This document shows positions 61,001-64,000 of a stretch of 64,000 nt of DNA, piece by piece. The translations under genes were made by a program, and so were the position numbers. This stretch comes from Lepidodermella squamata (lineage: Eukaryota > Animalia > Gastrotricha). The notes beneath the pieces are model-generated. The model was not told the origin of the DNA and ran no database searches. It saw only the letters and a list, made by a program, of their open reading frames with translations. Each line of letters opens with the position of its first letter. Position 1 is the first letter of the stretch. The DNA is taken from assembly GCA_047495785.1 (NCBI GenBank), contig JBLDXI010000024.1, positions 2,666,001 through 2,730,000 on the forward strand. Reading direction: 5' to 3'.

Positions 61001-61217
61001 TCCGGGATTTTTTTGGATCGGATTACGGAACAACGGAAATGTCCCATCTACAACATGGGAAAATGGCGAGCCAGTGAATTCTAAGTTCTTTGGCCCCAGC
61101 CAGCCAGATGGAAGCAATACATGCAACGGCATTTGGCAGGCTAATCTTGGTCTCTGGGATGATGTTCCGTGTGATACAAAGTACTTCTTTATTTGCGAGA
61201 CGGAGATTGGCAAATAA
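58002..61217 (+). CDS. PAN/CTL/kringle protein, paralog L3 (terminal CTL has QPD)
   Basis: Same layout as L1; a hAT MITE lies in intron 2. Confidence 0.85.
59405..59859. mobile_element. hAT (Charlie-like) MITE
   Basis: TIR CAGCGCTTCTCAA/TTGAGAAGCCCTG, subterminal GGGTCGC repeats, perfect 8-bp TSD GGGTAACT (59397-59404, 59860-59867). Confidence 0.9.
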
Positions 61218-61644
61218 ACCCACGGAGCATCTTTCCTGAATTGACAATAACTGAAACTTATCTAATCGAAAAAAGAAACTAGGAAATTAGTGAAAACAAA
61301 ACTCTATTATATCAGATCCATTGATGTACCATTCGACTGACAATTTGTAGAGATGAAGTTTGAAGTAACATCGTTTATTCTCCTCTGCCTTGCAGGGACA
61401 TCGGCAACATTTTCCGATATTATATACCTATATTTGTGAGATAAAACATGAGAGACTTTAGAGAAATAATAAAGCTGACTTTTTGTTCCCAAATCATACT
61501 TTTCACAAATTTGACTTCATTTCCAGGTGATAAAGTCAACATTATGCCATAAATGTTCTGCATTAACCCATATCAATAGGCAATCGGCGAATGACATCTT
61601 TGTTTGCTCAGATTTGTAATAATATATATCGATCTGCTCGCCCA

Positions 61645-61871
61645 TAACTTTCGTGATCGCTGGCCGGTTTCCTCGCAGCCGGCAGGTCCGCAATGGTCCC
61701 CGATTTTTCCTCTCTCTACAGCATCCTCATAGGAGGCCTGCTCCGCCCCCGAGTGCGCCTGGGATCTCCCTTGTCGCCAATGCCGATGACCTTACCTTCG
61801 CCAGCACGAGCGCTACCTTTATCGAGGCTCAGACGCACGACCAGAACGAGGTCGATCGAATCGCCGCTTGA
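61645..61871 (+). mobile_element. Degenerate non-LTR reverse transcriptase fragment
   Basis: GC-rich island encoding ...GISLVANADDLTF...AQ..Q, resembling the (Y/F)ADD RT motif region. Confidence 0.55.
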
Positions 61872-61879
61872 TCGGCCTG

Positions 61880-62470
61880 CATGTGTTGACTGTTCTACTA
61901 TTCTAGAATCAATCAGATTGAGCATCAACTATTTTTCTGAGAGTTTGCTCTTTCGTCTTTCCAGTAATATTGTTTTGCGCTTGGGAAAATAATGATTTGT
62001 TCCCATGGAACGCCTCACACCTCGGGTAAAAAGTAACATAAAATCCTGGGAAGTATTGAGTGACAAAGGTACTAGGCCTCGCTTGAAGTGAAGATAAACA
62101 ACTATTAACATGAAAGGTGCGTTCGTAGAGGTTTTGGAGGAGTAAAAGACAGCATACAATATTCTTGTATAAACTTCCATCCCAGCAGAACTCGCGTATT
62201 CAGGGATAAATCGAACGCAAGGTGTCGCGTAATTCTATCGCACAATGAAAACAAAAAAGAGAATAGGTACTCATAGAACGAGAACTTGTTCACGGCGATC
62301 TGCTACAATAAAATAACTTCGAAGCTGGAATAAATGATATCTCTGATTAATTTTCTCCTTAATCTAATATTTTAACCAGGATTGGGTTGCCAGCCCACAA
62401 TTTGCGAACTTGATGCCATTAACAATGAGTCCGATTTAAGAAGTAGAGGTCAAAATTTCCGGGAAATGAT
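61880..62470 (+). pseudogene. Degenerate tandem duplicate (about 600 bp) of the upstream region and exon-1 start of L4
   Basis: Aligns to about 62510-63110 (ATTCTAGAATC, CCTCAC.CCTC.GGTAAAA, AGAACTTGTT, GCTACAATAAAA, GATTGGGTTGC...ATTTGCGAAC) with stops. Confidence 0.7.
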
Positions 62471-62957
62471 TCATCCACAAGAACACGTAACTTACTGAAA
62501 GATCATTTCCTTGCTGTGTTGATTGTTCTGTTATTCTAGAATCGATAAGAATAATTATCTGAGAGTTCGTTCTTTCATGTTTTCCGTAATAATTTATTCC
62601 GCATGGAAAAGTGCCGAATCGTTTCCAAGGAGCCCCTCACGCCTCAGGTAAAATTGCAACAACAACTCCAGGGAAATATCGAGTGATAAGTATACTGGGC
62701 CTTGCTTCGTGTGAAGGTAAACATCTTGTAACATGGAGTTGTAAACATAGAATTAGACGAGGTGAAAAAATTGACTGCAATTTTCTTGGAGAAATTACCA
62801 TCCCCGCCCGTAACTCGCACATTCTGGAAAAAATCGAACGCAGGGTGTCGCGCAATTGTTTCGCGCTATAAAAACAATTAAAGGAACAGGATACTAAAAG
62901 AACCAGAACTTGTTTGCTACGACTTGCTACAATAAAAGTTCTTCGACGCTGGAGTAC

Positions 62958-64000
62958 ATGTTAGCCTTAATTACTATCCTGATTCATCTACCAAGTCTGG
63001 CCGCAAGGCCAAATGAAGATTGGGTTGCGCGGCCGGAATTTGCGAACATGCTGCCATCAACATTGAGCCCCATTTTCGAAGTTGAGGCTAAAATATCTGG
63101 CGAGTGCTTTGTCTACTGCCAGATGAAAGACTGCGACAGCGTGGCTTACAGCATTTCATTCAAATCATGCAAACTGTATCAGCATCCGCCTAATGTAACG
63201 ACGCCCCTTCCTCCTCTAATACCAGACCCGCAATTCCAGCACCAAATGTACCACAAACGACAGTTTTGCCCACCCGACTGGGTAATGGACCCAGATAGCA
63301 ATATCTGCTATTACATGAATGGAATGAACACCATGCTCGACCGCAATTCGGCATGGAAGTATTGCGAAGAGGCCCATGGCTCAGTTCTGGTAACGTTTGA
63401 AACACCCTCACAGCGATCCTTTCTTTATTCGGTTAAGAATGAACTAATATAGTTTCTAAATCCTAAAATAACGAGGCTACTGTAATGCTCACAGGTTCTG
63501 AGAAACAGCTATAGCACTATTTCGAAGTGGTGGACTGGCTACGCTTTGTTCGATTCAAATCTTTGGAGCCGCCCTGTGGAAGAAATCAACGGTTACGTAA
63601 AACGGCGAGGCGATTGCATGGGGAATGATATAACAACGCCAGCGTGCCAATTAGTCTCAGGCCCTCAACAGTGCGCTGATCGCTGCAATCGAATATATGG
63701 CAGTCAATGTGTTGCGTTCACCTACTTGAAATTAACCAAAATGTGCTGCCTGAAGTACAGCTCTTGTGAGAACCCTGCAGCGGATCTGACATCTGAGATC
63801 TGGGTTTACGAAAAGGTTAACGCTGACCGCCCGCCAAGTTACTCTACCACCGTCCAGTGTGGCAATATTGACATGAAATCAATACCAAACACTACTTTTA
63901 AGCAGTGCAGGGATGCTTGCCAGGCAACTATGAGCTGCATTTCATTTACGTTCTACTTGGGCACTTGCTATCTGAAGTACAAGTCATGCTTCGACGTTGA
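62958..64000 (+). CDS. PAN/CTL/kringle protein, paralog L4 (5' part; runs off the window)
   Basis: Signal peptide MLALITILIHLPSLAA, PAN domain, CTL N-half; exon 2 starts at about 63495. Confidence 0.85.

Overview
This is genomic DNA from an invertebrate animal with compact (about 50-60 nt) introns; the species cannot be identified from the window. It opens with the 3' end of an axonemal outer-arm dynein heavy chain (DNAH5/8-like) and a divergent transketolase, which has a GC-AG intron and a D-arm-deleted tRNA-Arg(CCU) in its last intron. The rest is a dense cluster of duplicated orphan receptor and surface-protein genes. There are three intron-rich Cys-loop (pentameric ligand-gated) channel genes that share a non-canonical AT-AC (or GA-AG) intron and a Cys-x8-Cys loop C, and two intronless Cys-loop channels lacking the acetylcholine aromatic box. 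There are also six class A GPCR paralogs (one frameshifted), two intronless GABA-B-like class C GPCRs, one minus-strand secreted protein with an unrecognised 4-Cys repeat plus C-type lectin (CTL) domains, and four paralogs of a PAN/CTL/kringle protein. In those four, the first CTL domain appears split around a PAN-PAN-CTL-kringle cassette. Mobile DNA includes MITEs of four TIR types (Mutator-like 9-bp TSD, hAT 8-bp, P-like 8-bp, pogo-like TA). One Mutator-like TIR element encloses a 5'-truncated LINE (gag knuckles plus APE-RT). Exon boundaries were inferred by eye and by comparing paralogs; there is no transcript evidence.
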